In this document: piece after piece, positions 24,320 to 42,578 of the stretch
Position numbering within the stretch: position 1 is the first letter of the stretch
Layout of the letters: every line of letters begins with the position of its first letter
From: Takakia lepidozioides
Lineage: Eukaryota > Plantae > Bryophyta
Reading direction: 5' to 3'
DNA length: 64,000 nt
Assembly: GCA_030704615.1 (NCBI GenBank)
Contig: CM060733.1
Location: forward strand, 44,206,001-44,270,000
The notes under the pieces: generated by a model
The model's input: only the letters and a program-made list of their open reading frames with translations
Databases searched by the model: none
Told to the model about the DNA's origin: nothing
Translations under genes and position numbers: made by a program

Positions 24320-26840
24320 GAGCAAAGAATACCCAAACCTTGCAAAAATAGCAGAACAATATTGATTTATAAAAAAGATGACCCCACTCAACTTGGTACA
24401 AAAGACCCATAGCCCTTGCTAATACCATACATAAGTTATTCACCAGTACCCTAACCAACCTCCTCGCGTCCTATGGAGAGCAACACCATATCCTCAGTGA
24501 TGCACAAGAGGGATTTAGAACTGCAAGAAGTACAACTAGACAAATCCAACTCATTATCTCTGCCCTTGAGGATGCACGATATACACATCAAATATATACT
24601 TATTATACATTGACTTTAAAAATGCGTTTGGCTCCATTGACCGTGCCTGCATGCTCTCTGTCATGTTCGATCTCGGATACCCGACAGATGCAGTGATGCT
24701 CGTTGGTAATATATACACAGAGAGCACCACCATTTACTCGGGTCCCTCATTTGGAGATACATCACCTATACCAATCAACAGAGGCACTATACTAGGTGAC
24801 ACACTCAGCCCATACTTTTTTGTTGAATTTTTGGAGTCTCTTCTCAGATGGCTAGCCCCAAGCCAACCTCGGATACCAATACATTCTCTCACAAAATAAT
24901 GTCCCAACAGCTGCTTATGCAGACGACCTCGTTTTACTCTCTAATAAAGCCACACATCTTAGCCGGCAAATTAGAAAATTGGAAAGATTCAATAAATGGG
25001 CGGCAATGGAACTAAGCATACATAAATGCGCAATAACGGGAATTGCACACCATACTAAACATGATACATCGACTATATCAAGAATACTACATACACTGTG
25101 CTCTATAATAACCACCCATTTCCATTTCTAGACCAGGACAGCCCATACACATATCTTGGTATACAAATGACGCCATAGTTAAATTGGGAAACTCAGAGAA
25201 CTTCTACAAGAAACAAACTTATATCACAGGCTACAGCCTTGCTAAACTCACCAGCCACCATCCGCCAAAAATTGTTTATCATCCGTACCGTAAATCAGGC
25301 CGTTTATAGAATACTCGTTCCATGCAACCCCATTCTCAATCCCAGACATAAATGCATTAGACATGCACATTATACGATTATAAAAAAAAATGTGTGGTCT
25401 TCCAAACAGTGCCCCTAGCGCACTGATACAACTACCTCAAAACTTATATGGCCTTGGAACTACAACCCTAGCTCATATGCTAGAACATTGGGCACACAAC
25501 TACAAGAAGCTTTAAACGACCCTGGCAAGCTTGGAAGCATTTATCAAGGACTTCTTCAACATGTCGCTTCTAAATTTGGAGGTCTAGATAACTTACCTGC
25601 GATAAACCCCATTGCCTGTACCCACTTGCCGCTCCTTAGAACCTTGTACATCCTCAAACACATGCATATTACTATTAACACATCGCTACCTAATATTCAA
25701 CTCCACACTTCACCCCTAGAGATAGCATGGGATACGAGTCCACAACAATGCCTCTTTGACCCAAATAGTAGACCCCACAAACAAACCATCCTCAAATTCT
25801 TTATGCAGTACAATATATCTACAATTTTGTAACTAACAGATGCAACTGGAACCAAGCTTATCAACCCACACGCTTTTCACCTAAAATACCCTAGACCATT
25901 AACGTGCTCCCAACATATCCACTTAGGTCACCTACAAACCATTTTTTGCTACCCCACAACCGCCTGCCAAAATAATTGCCCCATAAACTATGCGACTTCG
26001 TCCCATCATCCATGGGAGCTTCTACCTCAGTACCGCTCCCAACCTACACGCCCTCCACTCGCTAGACCGTTTGTCGCCCCCATATCTCATCCAAAAGCCG
26101 CTCAATCTATAACTGCCCAAACAACGGATCCACAACAACCTGACACAACCCAATCAGTACAAACCCTACTGGAACCCCATTATGAGCTTGAAGAAATACA
26201 AGGCATAGTTAAAAAAAATGCGAGTAGACCAATATGGAGCCTCGTGCGCTGATACTATGTACTTGTGTAAATGGAAATGTGACCCCGACAAGAAAGCCAC
26301 TTGGGAACATAATGACACCCTCTTTGATCGCCCATGAATACAACAATTGCAACACAATATCCAAATGATAGCTGATTATTACCACAGAACCAACATTAAC
26401 TATTTAGTACATATTCATAATCAACATATTGCGGAATTGCAAACTTCTGACAAACGTTTCATTAGCCCACCAAGAAATGTATCCAACCTACATATTTCTC
26501 TAGACGAGTGCAACCTAGACATCGATATTCTCTGCACCCACCCAAAAATCCAGATCCACGCTGGCCTTGCCTACATATATGGACCACTAGGCTGCTACAT
26601 TGGAAGCATATCACTTGCTAGATTGAACTGGCTATGGAATATGTCCCATTTAAACCCCCTACCTAGCTTGCAACCCCAAATCCCGCCAACATTTGAGACA
26701 AAAGTTTCCCCACTCCTCCAACGCTATGCTCAAGATTTGCCCCCCAAGTGTCCAACCACAACCAACAAGCTCTCTCTCGCACATTCCCATTCAACCTTAC
26801 CCATGGCCCTCCTAGACTTTCTTACAACAGAACTTAAACT
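24320..26840 (+). mobile_element. Truncated non-LTR retrotransposon (RT resembling the Dualen/RandI clade), degenerate
   Basis: TILIYKKDDP..RPIALANT, QEGFR, YIDFKNAFGSID, MFDLGYP, PIPINRGTILGDTLSPY, AAYADDL, YTYLGI; many frameshifts. Confidence 0.85.
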
Positions 26841-27034
26841 CAGTGTTTGGGACAATGCTGTAATTACCCAGCTTTGTCTTGGAAGCTTGCTCATTAGACC
26901 ATAAACGTTGCCTCAATACAACTCATGTATCAGTGAGCACCCAAATGGTTTGTAGCAAAGGCCTGCTAACAAGAGGATCAACACGAGTCAGCGCATCAAC
27001 ATTTGTATTTTCCTTGCCATTCTTGTATACTATA

Positions 27035-27262
27035 TGAAAACAATGGGTTGATCAACTAACTAGAACACCGGAGGTGTGAATACATATACAACGTTTGTCA
27101 CAGGGATAAGGAGAGCAGGACCACATGGGCCTTATCGCTAACTGTAATGAAGCTATAATTACTGATGCAAACGGTGGCCAACTACTATCTAGATTTAAGG
27201 AGCGGTGCATTAACAAAGGCCTGATCTAGCGGCATCACAACATGGGTGTGTTAATTCCAACA
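27035..27262 (-). repeat. Copia 3' LTR (inverted relative to the 5' LTR)
   Basis: Reverse complement of 6900-7127; PPT TGAGAGGAGG adjacent on the minus strand; TSD TATAG (27030-27034 rc) matches 6895-6899. Confidence 0.95.
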
Positions 27263-28232
27263 CCTCCTCTCACACCCATCCTCCTCTCAATACTGAACTA
27301 CTCTCTTGAGGTGCTCAGCCTGCTAAGAGAGACAACACCTAGCTTCTCTCTAAGTCCTTCAAATTTCACTCTCCCCAAAGGTTTAGTCAGGATATCTGCT
27401 ATTTGATCCCTGGTCGATACATGTGCAAGATCCACCATTCCTTGTTGTACTTGCTCTCGCACAAAATGATAGTGTACCTCGATGTGTTTTGTGCGTGCAT
27501 GAAGAATTGGATTCTTTGCAATTTTTATGCTACTCATATTATCACACCAGATTCGTATGGGTTCTTCTCCGAAGATACCTAACTCGTTGGATAGGTGCTG
27601 CAACCAAATTGATTCCTTAGTCCCTTCGGCTAGGGCTCGGTACTCGGCCTCTGTAGAGCTGAGAGCCACTGTGGGTTGACGTTTAGAGCACCACGTTACA
27701 AGACTACCTCCCAGTTGAAATACGTACCCCGTAGTGGATCTTCTATTTTCCTGGTCACCTGCCCAGTCCGTGTCGGTGAATCCTGTGATCTCGCTAGTTC
27801 CTTGTTTCTTGAAGAGAACCCCAAGTTCAATTGTCCCCTTCAAGTATCTGAAAATGTGCTTAACTGCTTCCATATGAGGTGCTTGCGGGTTATTCATGAA
27901 GCGGCTAACGACAACCACAAAGTATGAGATGTCAGGTCTCGTGTTGGTAAGATATATGAGCTTACCAACCATTTGCCGATATATGGTAGCATCTGCAAGC
28001 TCATCACCCATGTCAATGATAAGTTTTGTCCCTTCGAGCATTGGAGTCGGTTTTGAGTTGGAATCTGAAAGCCCAAATTGTTCAAGCATTTTGGTGATGT
28101 ACCCACGCTGTGTCATGAAGATGCCCTCCCTGAGATACAAAAATTATATTCTCAAGTAATGAGACATTTCCCCCAAGTTTGTCATCTCGAATCTCTGCTG
28201 TAATTGATCTTTGATCCACTCAATTTGAACAC
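27263..28232 (-). mobile_element. Copia 3' half (RT C-half and RNase H)
   Basis: FEMTNLG, YRQMVGKLIYLTNTRPDI, FTDTDWAGD..RRSTTGY, SSTEAEY, WCDNMSSI, RTKHIEVHYHFVRE, QIADILTKPL; continues the RT broken at 9731. Confidence 0.95.
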
Positions 28233-29199
28233 TGTTAGAGGGCTGTCTGGGACTTAGACACTTTTAGAGGTTCTGTGGGGTACCTTTAATTTTGCGCAGA
28301 CTTACGGATGGTAGACTTAGACCAACACAGGCCTTAGGGGTGGTAGACAGGTTTACACAGTCAGTCATAGCAATACACAGTTAGACACAATTTGCCACAG
28401 CTTGTCATAGTCTGACACAGCCTGACACGGCTTGTCACAGCCTTCCACGGCCTATCATAGTCTATCACAGCCCGACACAGCCCGACACAGCTTCACACAG
28501 CCAGTCACAGCTTGGCACAGTCATAGCTCGACACAACGGAACACAGTCCGTCACAGCATACCAAGGAACGGTTATTAGCGGCAGGGAACGACTGTGTGGG
28601 AACGACATTTGCAGTGGGAACGTGCATTCTGTCTGGATGACAGTTAGTTAGTTAGGCAGTTAGAACAGCTTGCAGGTAGATTAGGCAGAGTAGCAATATG
28701 GAGAGGACACTTCTCGGGGAGCACTTCTTGGTCATCACGAGAGGAGATCGGCGGAGAGCACGACTGGAGTAGGAAGGGAGAACATGGTGAAGGAGGAGAA
28801 ACGATCTGTTGATGCTGTTACATGCAAGCTGTAGAGATATACTGTAGGGTAGACTAGGGACACCATGGCTTCGGCCTGATACTTGATAGATCTTAATCTG
28901 ATACACATTCCATACTCACACTGTGTAGAGAGATCTGAGTGAAGCTGTGGAATGAATGGATGAGTGATTGGAACCTGGTAGTTTGCTGAAGCAATCTGAT
29001 GCTTGAATATAAACAATAAGGTAATTTGCTGCCATGAAGGCAAGAAGGAATACAAACAAGAATCACTCCCATGATACACTAGTTGTAGGTCACGACTGAT
29101 TGTTCTGAGCGGGCTGAGTGCTTGGAGATATCCAACTCTTCTATCTTGGAGTTCCCACCTCGGATAGCGAAGGGATGGGTGAGTAAAAGCCGCTCGACA
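28233..29199 (+). repeat. Gypsy-A 5' LTR (967 bp)
   Basis: TGTTAGAGGG...CCGCTCGACA; homologous to 9732-10679 rc. Confidence 0.95.
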
Positions 29200-29201
29200 T
29201 T

Positions 29202-29219
29202 TGGCGACCATACTGGGGA
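29202..29219 (+). other. Primer-binding site of Gypsy-A (tRNA-Arg-like, Tat/Ogre style)
   Basis: TGGCGACCATACTGGGGA two bases after the LTR end. Confidence 0.75.
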
Positions 29220-29241
29220 ATTGGGTCAAGAACAACCAGAT

Positions 29242-30175
29242 ATGACAGGCATCTGGTGGGATCATGGTGGATGGAGAATTAAAGAATTTGATGTGAATCA
29301 AATTCCCTGTGGAACAGAAAGAAAGATTGTCCAAACAGTTCTTTCAGAGGTTATTGGAATTGCCAGACGGTTGCAAAGAAAACATTCTTAAGAGAGTGCA
29401 TGATGCAGATCTAGAGTGGGGTCTGGAGAAAGGAGTGATAAAGATTTATCAAGTGGCCTGTAGAGGGAGAGCAAGTTGGTTACCAACACTGGTTTATGTG
29501 ATAGCATTGCTATCCATCAAACGAGTGGAGTTTGAAGGCTGGGAGGAACGGAAAGTGAATGTTTACACTCATATGCATGAAGAACTGGTAATGGTAAAGA
29601 ATTGGATTCCTAAGGATATCCTGTGGATCAAACTTACACCAGGAACAGCTTTTCAGACGTGCTTGCCATATGGTTATATGGTAACGGAGACTTCTAGTAT
29701 AGCCAAGGGTGCATTGAAGCTTGAAGGAAATCCAGGCATATACGAGAGATACTACAGAAGGGAGTTTTGGTTACTGCCTCATTAAAGATATGAAAGACAT
29801 GGGACATGAGTGATGAAAGAGAAGCTAGACTCCACAGATATTCAGCGAAAAGAGAAAGTTATTTGAAAGCTAATTATCCATATCTTTGGGAGAGGGGAAT
29901 AGACATAGGGGAATCATCTGGACCTCTCACACCATTAAGATCAAAGAGTATATCACCCATACCGGAAGAACCAGAGTTGGATGCCCACTCATTCTTATTC
30001 TTTACAAGAAAGATTAAGGGATTTGGTACAGGAAGAAGATCAGCCACGAGGGGAGAGATCGGAGGTACATCCTTGGATTAAAGATTTGACAGAATTTTTT
30101 TTTATCAGAGTTGGCATGGAACACCAAAAGCAGGAACTCCAGTTTCTGAAGCAGAAGACAAAGAATGAGAGGAGG
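29242..30175 (+). mobile_element. Gypsy-A 5' internal coding region (ORF upstream of or N-terminal to gag), truncated
   Basis: ORFs 29122-29391, 29309-29785 and 29806-30081 directly after the PBS; no capsid motif recognised. Confidence 0.6.
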
Positions 30176-30179
30176 ATGA

Positions 30180-31130
30180 TAGAAGAAAACACTCTGGGGC
30201 TGGGCCTCCTTCCACATCTTTAGACTGGTCCCCTCGTCCTTATGTCGTTTGAAAGTCTCACATGTCAGCTTGTCCATGATGTTTCTAATGTCATGCTCAA
30301 GCACAACATCATCACGACACCACTTCTCTCCATTGACCTTGTTGTCAAATACCTGTTGTTCATGTTGGGCCATGATTTCAGCAGGCAACAACCCAGCACA
30401 TATGCTATCCGTTATCCACATCTTAACCTCTTCACTAAGGTGAGGTGCATGCGCAAAACGGGTGTTATTTGAAGTCGGGTCAATGTGGCCATGGCAGACC
30501 TTGTCACATCCATCAACATGGTTTTTGTTGTAGTATGTTATGACAGCAAGAGAAGGATCCAGGTAGCATCATCCAATCCTAAACTGACACAGGCAACCCC
30601 TCTTGATGGACTCTCCCTGAATGACTTTCTTCCGTCTCGGCCCTTTGTGGTTATTGTAAGAAGGCGATGAAGCATCCAACACACACCCTCTCTTGCCGTT
30701 CCTTCTCTTCAAAGAATGTTTATTGATAGGTATTACATTTGTGCGCTTGTCCTCAGGTCCATAAGAACAATGGAACCTGAACAATGATGAGAATTATGTC
30801 GGCGGAGTGGAATACTCGGAGCAAGAGAGCATAGCATTTTGACAAAATAGAAGAGCAAACAATGAAAACAAGCAGCATGCCATTACAAAGAACACATAGA
30901 GACCATCCAGAAACCACAAAGGTGAAGGCGGACTTTATCACAACAGAGCAATTATTGGCCCTTGGAGCTAAGAGCTCGCCCTCCTCATGCTTTCCCTTTT
31001 TAGGCACCATTCTGTTGAAGTGAGTGGGCGCCTCTGCCCTTTCTTCCTCCCCTCTCACAAAATCGTCGATCCTGCTCCAAGGAATGACCGCAACATCCGT
31101 ATACACGATGTCCACCTCCACTTGAAATAG
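30180..31130 (-). pseudogene. Mutator-like (MULE) transposase N-half, homologous to the AT4G13970/AT1G60560 SWIM family; one intron (30777-30933); truncated
   Basis: VAVIPWSRIDDFVRGE..PTHF, FHCSYGPED, KRGCLCQF, HVDGCDKVCHG, APHLSEE, RDDVV, VFFY; compare the Arabidopsis family as recalled (IPFARVDDFVRGE, WCSFGPDD, KRGCTCHF, HVDKKGLPCHG, APYISE, VFFY); in-frame TGA at ~30570. Confidence 0.8.
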
Positions 31131-31399
31131 TTGGAGTCTATATAAGCGACCTGTGGTTGAAGGAACCATCCTGGGGGATTTGCAACGTGCCATGCAGCTG
31201 TGATAGAAGGAATGACGTGCGCAACTCCGAAGATCCAATCATGATGCCCGGCAGCCTTGCAGGAACAGTACACATCCGCAGACCACACGCGTCCTGTAGA
31301 AACAGTACACAGCAGCAAACTACACGCGCAAAGAGGATCAAATCTCCGAGCAACCGGAAACCCTAAATTTCAATACATCCACTCCGTTCATCTCACAGA

Positions 31400-32960
31400 C
31401 CAAAATGGCAGGGGACGTGCATGGCCGTTGGATGGGAGGACGACATAGATGAACAGAATGATAGCCACGTGCAAACAGCCCTAACATTTGACACGTGGAA
31501 GGGGGATTGCTCCGGCGGGGGGCGGAAGGATGGGGGATCACTCCAGGTGGTGTGGGGGATCAACGGAGAGGGGACCGCCATGGGGGGGAACGATCACCTG
31601 TTCCGCCGTTGACGCGCGGGGGGTCAAGGGTGGGAAGACACGTGGCATGGCGGCGGCGGGGGATCAACCAGAGGCGGGGGGAGCGGTGGCTCGGGGGATC
31701 GGGTCTTGGATGGGATGAGGGGATCGACGGCCACGGAGACCGCCACGTGGTGGTAGAAGACGAGAGGGGGATCAATTGCCGGTTTGGACGGGGGATCAAC
31801 CGAGGCGGGGGGTCGCGGCCCGGGGGATCGCCACGTGGATGGGAGGACGGGATCGAATGTCGGGGGATCGCGAATGACTCAGTTTTGAGGTTGGATGGAT
31901 GCGCAAGGGATCCTCGGTTCAGGGGAGCACCACGTGGCGGCTGATGGCTGGAGGGGGATCAGTGACCGCATTGGACGGGGATCGAAACGGGGGGGGGGAG
32001 ACCGGCGATGGCCCGGGGATCACGCCTTCGATGGGATGAGGGGATCGACAGGGGGGAGCACCACGTGGCGGTGGGCGTGCCATGGGGCCTTCATCCGGCC
32101 TTCGTCCATCCACTGCGCGGGAGATGCGGGGGGATGAGGGGCAGATGACCCAGAACATCCATTGTTTTGAGGTTGGATGGATGAGCAGGGGATCGACGGT
32201 TCGGGGGAGCAGCACGTGGCGGGTGATTAGGGGTGGGGGATCACTGCAGGTCCGGAGTGGGGATCAAGCCAGGTCGGGGGATCGGCGGCGGGGGGAGCGC
32301 CACGTGCCGTCTGATGGGTGGAGGGGGATCAGTCACCGCATTGGACGGGGATCAACGAGGGGGGTGGGCGGGACGTGTCGGGGGATGGGCCGTGGATGGA
32401 AAGAGGGGATCGACGCGGGGGGAGCGGGAGGATGGCGGGGGGATGAGGGGTGGATGACACACAACATCCATGTTTGTGAGGTCGGATGGATGCGCAGGGG
32501 ATCGACGGTCCGGGGGATCCGCACGTGGCGGGCGATTAGGGTTGGGGGATCACTCCCGGTCCGGAAGGGGGATCAAGGCATGTCATGGGGAGTGGCGACG
32601 TCTTGGGGGAGTGCGCCGTGGATGGGAGGAGGGGATCGACGGCGGCGGGAGCGCCACGTGGCAATGGGCGCGTCATGGGCCTTCATCCGGCCGTCATCCA
32701 GAGGTTGGATGGATGGGGAGGGGATCGACGGTTCGGGGTAGCGCCACGTGGCTGGAGATGGGGATAGGAGATCACTCCGGCACTGGAAGGGGGATCAACC
32801 CAGTGAGGGGATCCACAGCGGGGGGCCGCCATGTGGCTGGAGATCGGCGGTGCTGTGGGGCGCCGCGCGGCCAGCGGTGGGGCGGGGGTCAGGGTCCCGG
32901 GCGGGCGGGAGCGGGGTAGGGGGGGTGCGGGGGGCGAGGGGCGGGCTGGGGCGGGCTCCC
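31400..32960 (-). repeat. GC-rich subterminal repeat arm and probable terminus of the MULE
   Basis: >25 GGGGATC motifs and 12 CACGTG; a duplicated module of ~300-380 bp; abrupt end at GGGCGGGCTCCC (32960). Confidence 0.7.
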
Positions 32961-33291
32961 ACGCTTGCAATAAAATCAAGCCACATCCATATTGGGACCG
33001 TTGAATGTGTGGCATGGACGTAGCAATAGTCTAGAAGATCTTGGAGGCTCCCTGAAAATATTCTTGACGACCTCCAGGATTTTCGTGCCAGCCATTATCC
33101 CCGGTGAACTGAGATCTTGGGCCGAGAATAAACACGTTGTAGTTTCTAGTCTAATTGGGCATGAGAAGATAGCGTCAGTAACTGGCATGCATTTATGGAG
33201 ATTGCCACAAAGGCAACCTCATTTTCAGTACATCTGATTTGGTGTAGAGCAACAGCCTCCATGAGAGGACAAAGTTTTCCTCCATTGAAGT

Positions 33292-33600
33292 AGACGTAAT
33301 TTTATCCTATGTTTTCCGTGATCATTCCTTTGATGTGCGAAAGTTCATCTCAGGAGAGTGCAGTGACAACTCATCCTACATAGTGACTTCCGTAACAAGA
33401 GATGTGGTACCCACCAAGTCTAGAAGTCTAGACAGTATATTGTTGCAGAGCGATGCGGGGAGTTCCCGCCACTGCAACCTTCTCCGCTTTCCTACGTACG
33501 CTTGTGCACAAGAATCTTGATATTTGGTGCCAAACATTCAGTCGTCTGCTGCCGTCCTGGATCGGTGCTACTTACTACGTACAAGGTGTTGCAGGCATTC
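33292..33600 (+). repeat. Direct repeat copy 1 (MCM3 upstream region), duplicated at 41087-41342
   Basis: ATCCTATGTTTTCCGTGATCATTCCTTTGATGTGCGAAAGTTCATCTCAGGAGAGTGCAGTGACAA... shared by both copies. Confidence 0.9.
33455..33469. promoter_or_regulatory. E2F-like near-palindromic site upstream of MCM3
   Basis: GCGGGGAGTTCCCGC; GTTCCCGC matches TTTSSCGC at 7/8; MCM genes are known E2F targets. Confidence 0.4.
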
Positions 33601-33695
33601 GCTGCGCACTGGCAGCGTGTACATGACATTGCCATCTGAAGCTCGTCTCCTCCCGAGATCAGGGACTGCGAGTCTCAGCGGAACGATCAGGGGGC

Positions 33696-40402
<6,707 letters not shown>

Positions 40403-41086
40403 AGGTGGTGTGGGAAATGTATTTTCAGCTTTTCACTCCATTGCTGAGCCTGCCCAGTCCTCCAGCACTTGTTGATCACACAAGATGCAATAGATAAACC
40501 CACAGTTTTATGTGTCTGATTCAGGACTGGTTCTCAGCATCAGAAGAGGAACTTGGTGTCCTCGCACCTTGTGCAATGGTGGTGTACATGAGAATACTAA
40601 GGTGCAGGAAAAGATCAGGATGAGGACAGGTGTCATTTCGTTGCCTGACCCCACAAACTGTGAGAATATTGTGAGATACAAAGACTTACCTCCTGCTGAT
40701 GAAAAATCTCAAGTTTTGATGAACCAATTTTGATTCATTACTCTGTTGTCTCGTCAACAGCTATGAACTTGTTCCACAAATTGATGCACCCCAAGAACTC
40801 GATGGAAATATATGCGTAGTATTGAGTGGGCTGAAAATCATCCCCACCATTCAAGTGCTCGCATTGCCACCAGGGAGGCCGCCGCTATGGCACCATGAGT
40901 TGGGGTCCTGCATGCCAGCTCAAAGCTACCAGAAATCCAAGCCTGCAAACCCAGCAAACGAGGGAACCTGCAGGGGCTATGGCATCTCTATTTGTGCGCT
41001 GACACTAGAAATGGGGCGCCTCCCACGCTGTACGCTGTCCCCGCCCGTAGTCCTGGTAATCCTATCTCTCGGCTGTGTACCTTGAA

Positions 41087-41342
41087 AGACATAATTCTAT
41101 CCTATGTTTTCCGTGATCATTCCTTTGATGTGCGAAAGTTCATCTCAGGAGAGTGCAGTGACAAATCCTCCTACATAGTGACTTCCGCAACAAGAGATGT
41201 GGTACCCATCAAGTCTAGACGTCTAGACAGTATATTGTTGCAAGCCCAGCTCGAGCGATGCCCGCCACTGCAACCTTCTCCGCTTTCCCACGCATGTGCA
41301 CAAGAATCTTGATATTTGGTACTACAAGGTGTTGCAGGCATT
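41087..41342 (+). repeat. Direct repeat copy 2 downstream of MCM3
   Basis: Homologous to 33292-33600, with an internal deletion and an altered E2F-like site. Confidence 0.9.
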
Positions 41343-42578
41343 TGCAACACCTCGCATTCACAGGTCCGGATTGTTATTATCCGGCCTCGGATTTCAAGTG
41401 TAATACCATCCTGGGTGTACGTAATCTAACATAAAATGAAGTGGTAGACAAAACATTGTGCCTTCAATTTATAAGTATACTACTGACAAGCATACCTGGT
41501 CTCCCACAGCAAAGGAGAAAAGATCTGTGCATTGCATATGCACATTTTGTAGATATATGTAAGAGAAGAGAAAGCAGGTCCAAGTCTCATCGTTTAACAT
41601 GACCTGCAATGAGGTTTTCCTCATCCATCAGATTGTATTCCGACAGAAAAATTCCCTTGATCAGCATGTCGGGGTAAATAGTACAAAGCAGGTGGTACAA
41701 CATTGGTTGATGCTTGATACCTCCTGCATTGTCCTTGTTTTTCCCCCTAATACACGAATTTTGTTTGCCAATACCAGCCCGTTTATAACCCTTTCAGACA
41801 TAGGGATGTCCTAAGAGGTAAACTATCTATTGCAAAACTAGCTACAGTAGTCACTTTATGTCATTGATGATATGCACAAAACTTGGACAAAGACTGCCTT
41901 GTATCAACATTTGTAGGCCAATCGAACTTCGGCAGCAGACCTGCATCTGTGCTCACAACGGTTGCCACAACAGTGAATCTCATTGCCAAGTATAATGTGA
42001 GAAAATTTATGCACTGTCAAAGTAGCCATATTATCTCTTTACTCAAATACTCAAACTTAAATGGTGAGATAACCAGATTGGCAAGGGAACGTTCCCAAGA
42101 GAAAAGCAAGCATTCTCAAATGGGGCACTAATATGTACATTGTCCCCAATCATGCGCTCTCTTTGTTTGTACAAAAAGGCACTTTCCAGCTATAATCCCT
42201 TGGCCATTGAGAAAGTCTTCCCCACTCAGGAATGTGATCTCTCTTCCCACTCTCAATCAAGTGAATATGTTCAAATCCAATTGAACAAGAGGGCACTCTC
42301 TATGGTTGTTTGTCAGTCTTGACTAAAATTATAAATGAACATATTACACTACTTGAACTGGATTTGATCAATAGACTATGCCACTTGAATACTATCTTAC
42401 ATTACTAGAACTGGATTTGATCAAATAGACTACTCCACTGCCACTTCTCTCTCCTTGAATACTATCTACTAAACTTGTACAGAGAAGGACGGTAAACAAT
42501 CCCCTCGAAGCCTTGTAGGAGCCCTCTCCAAATCTACTCCAAATCTCCAAGGACAACTCCAAATCTACCACATTCACC

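Noticed and set aside
31393-33023. Many overlapping Gly/Arg/Pro-rich ORFs
   Set aside because: Artefact of a stop-poor GC-rich repeat.
42340-42470. ~50-bp imperfect duplication downstream of the TIGR01589 stop codon
   Set aside because: Ordinary local slippage in a 3' UTR with no further structure.
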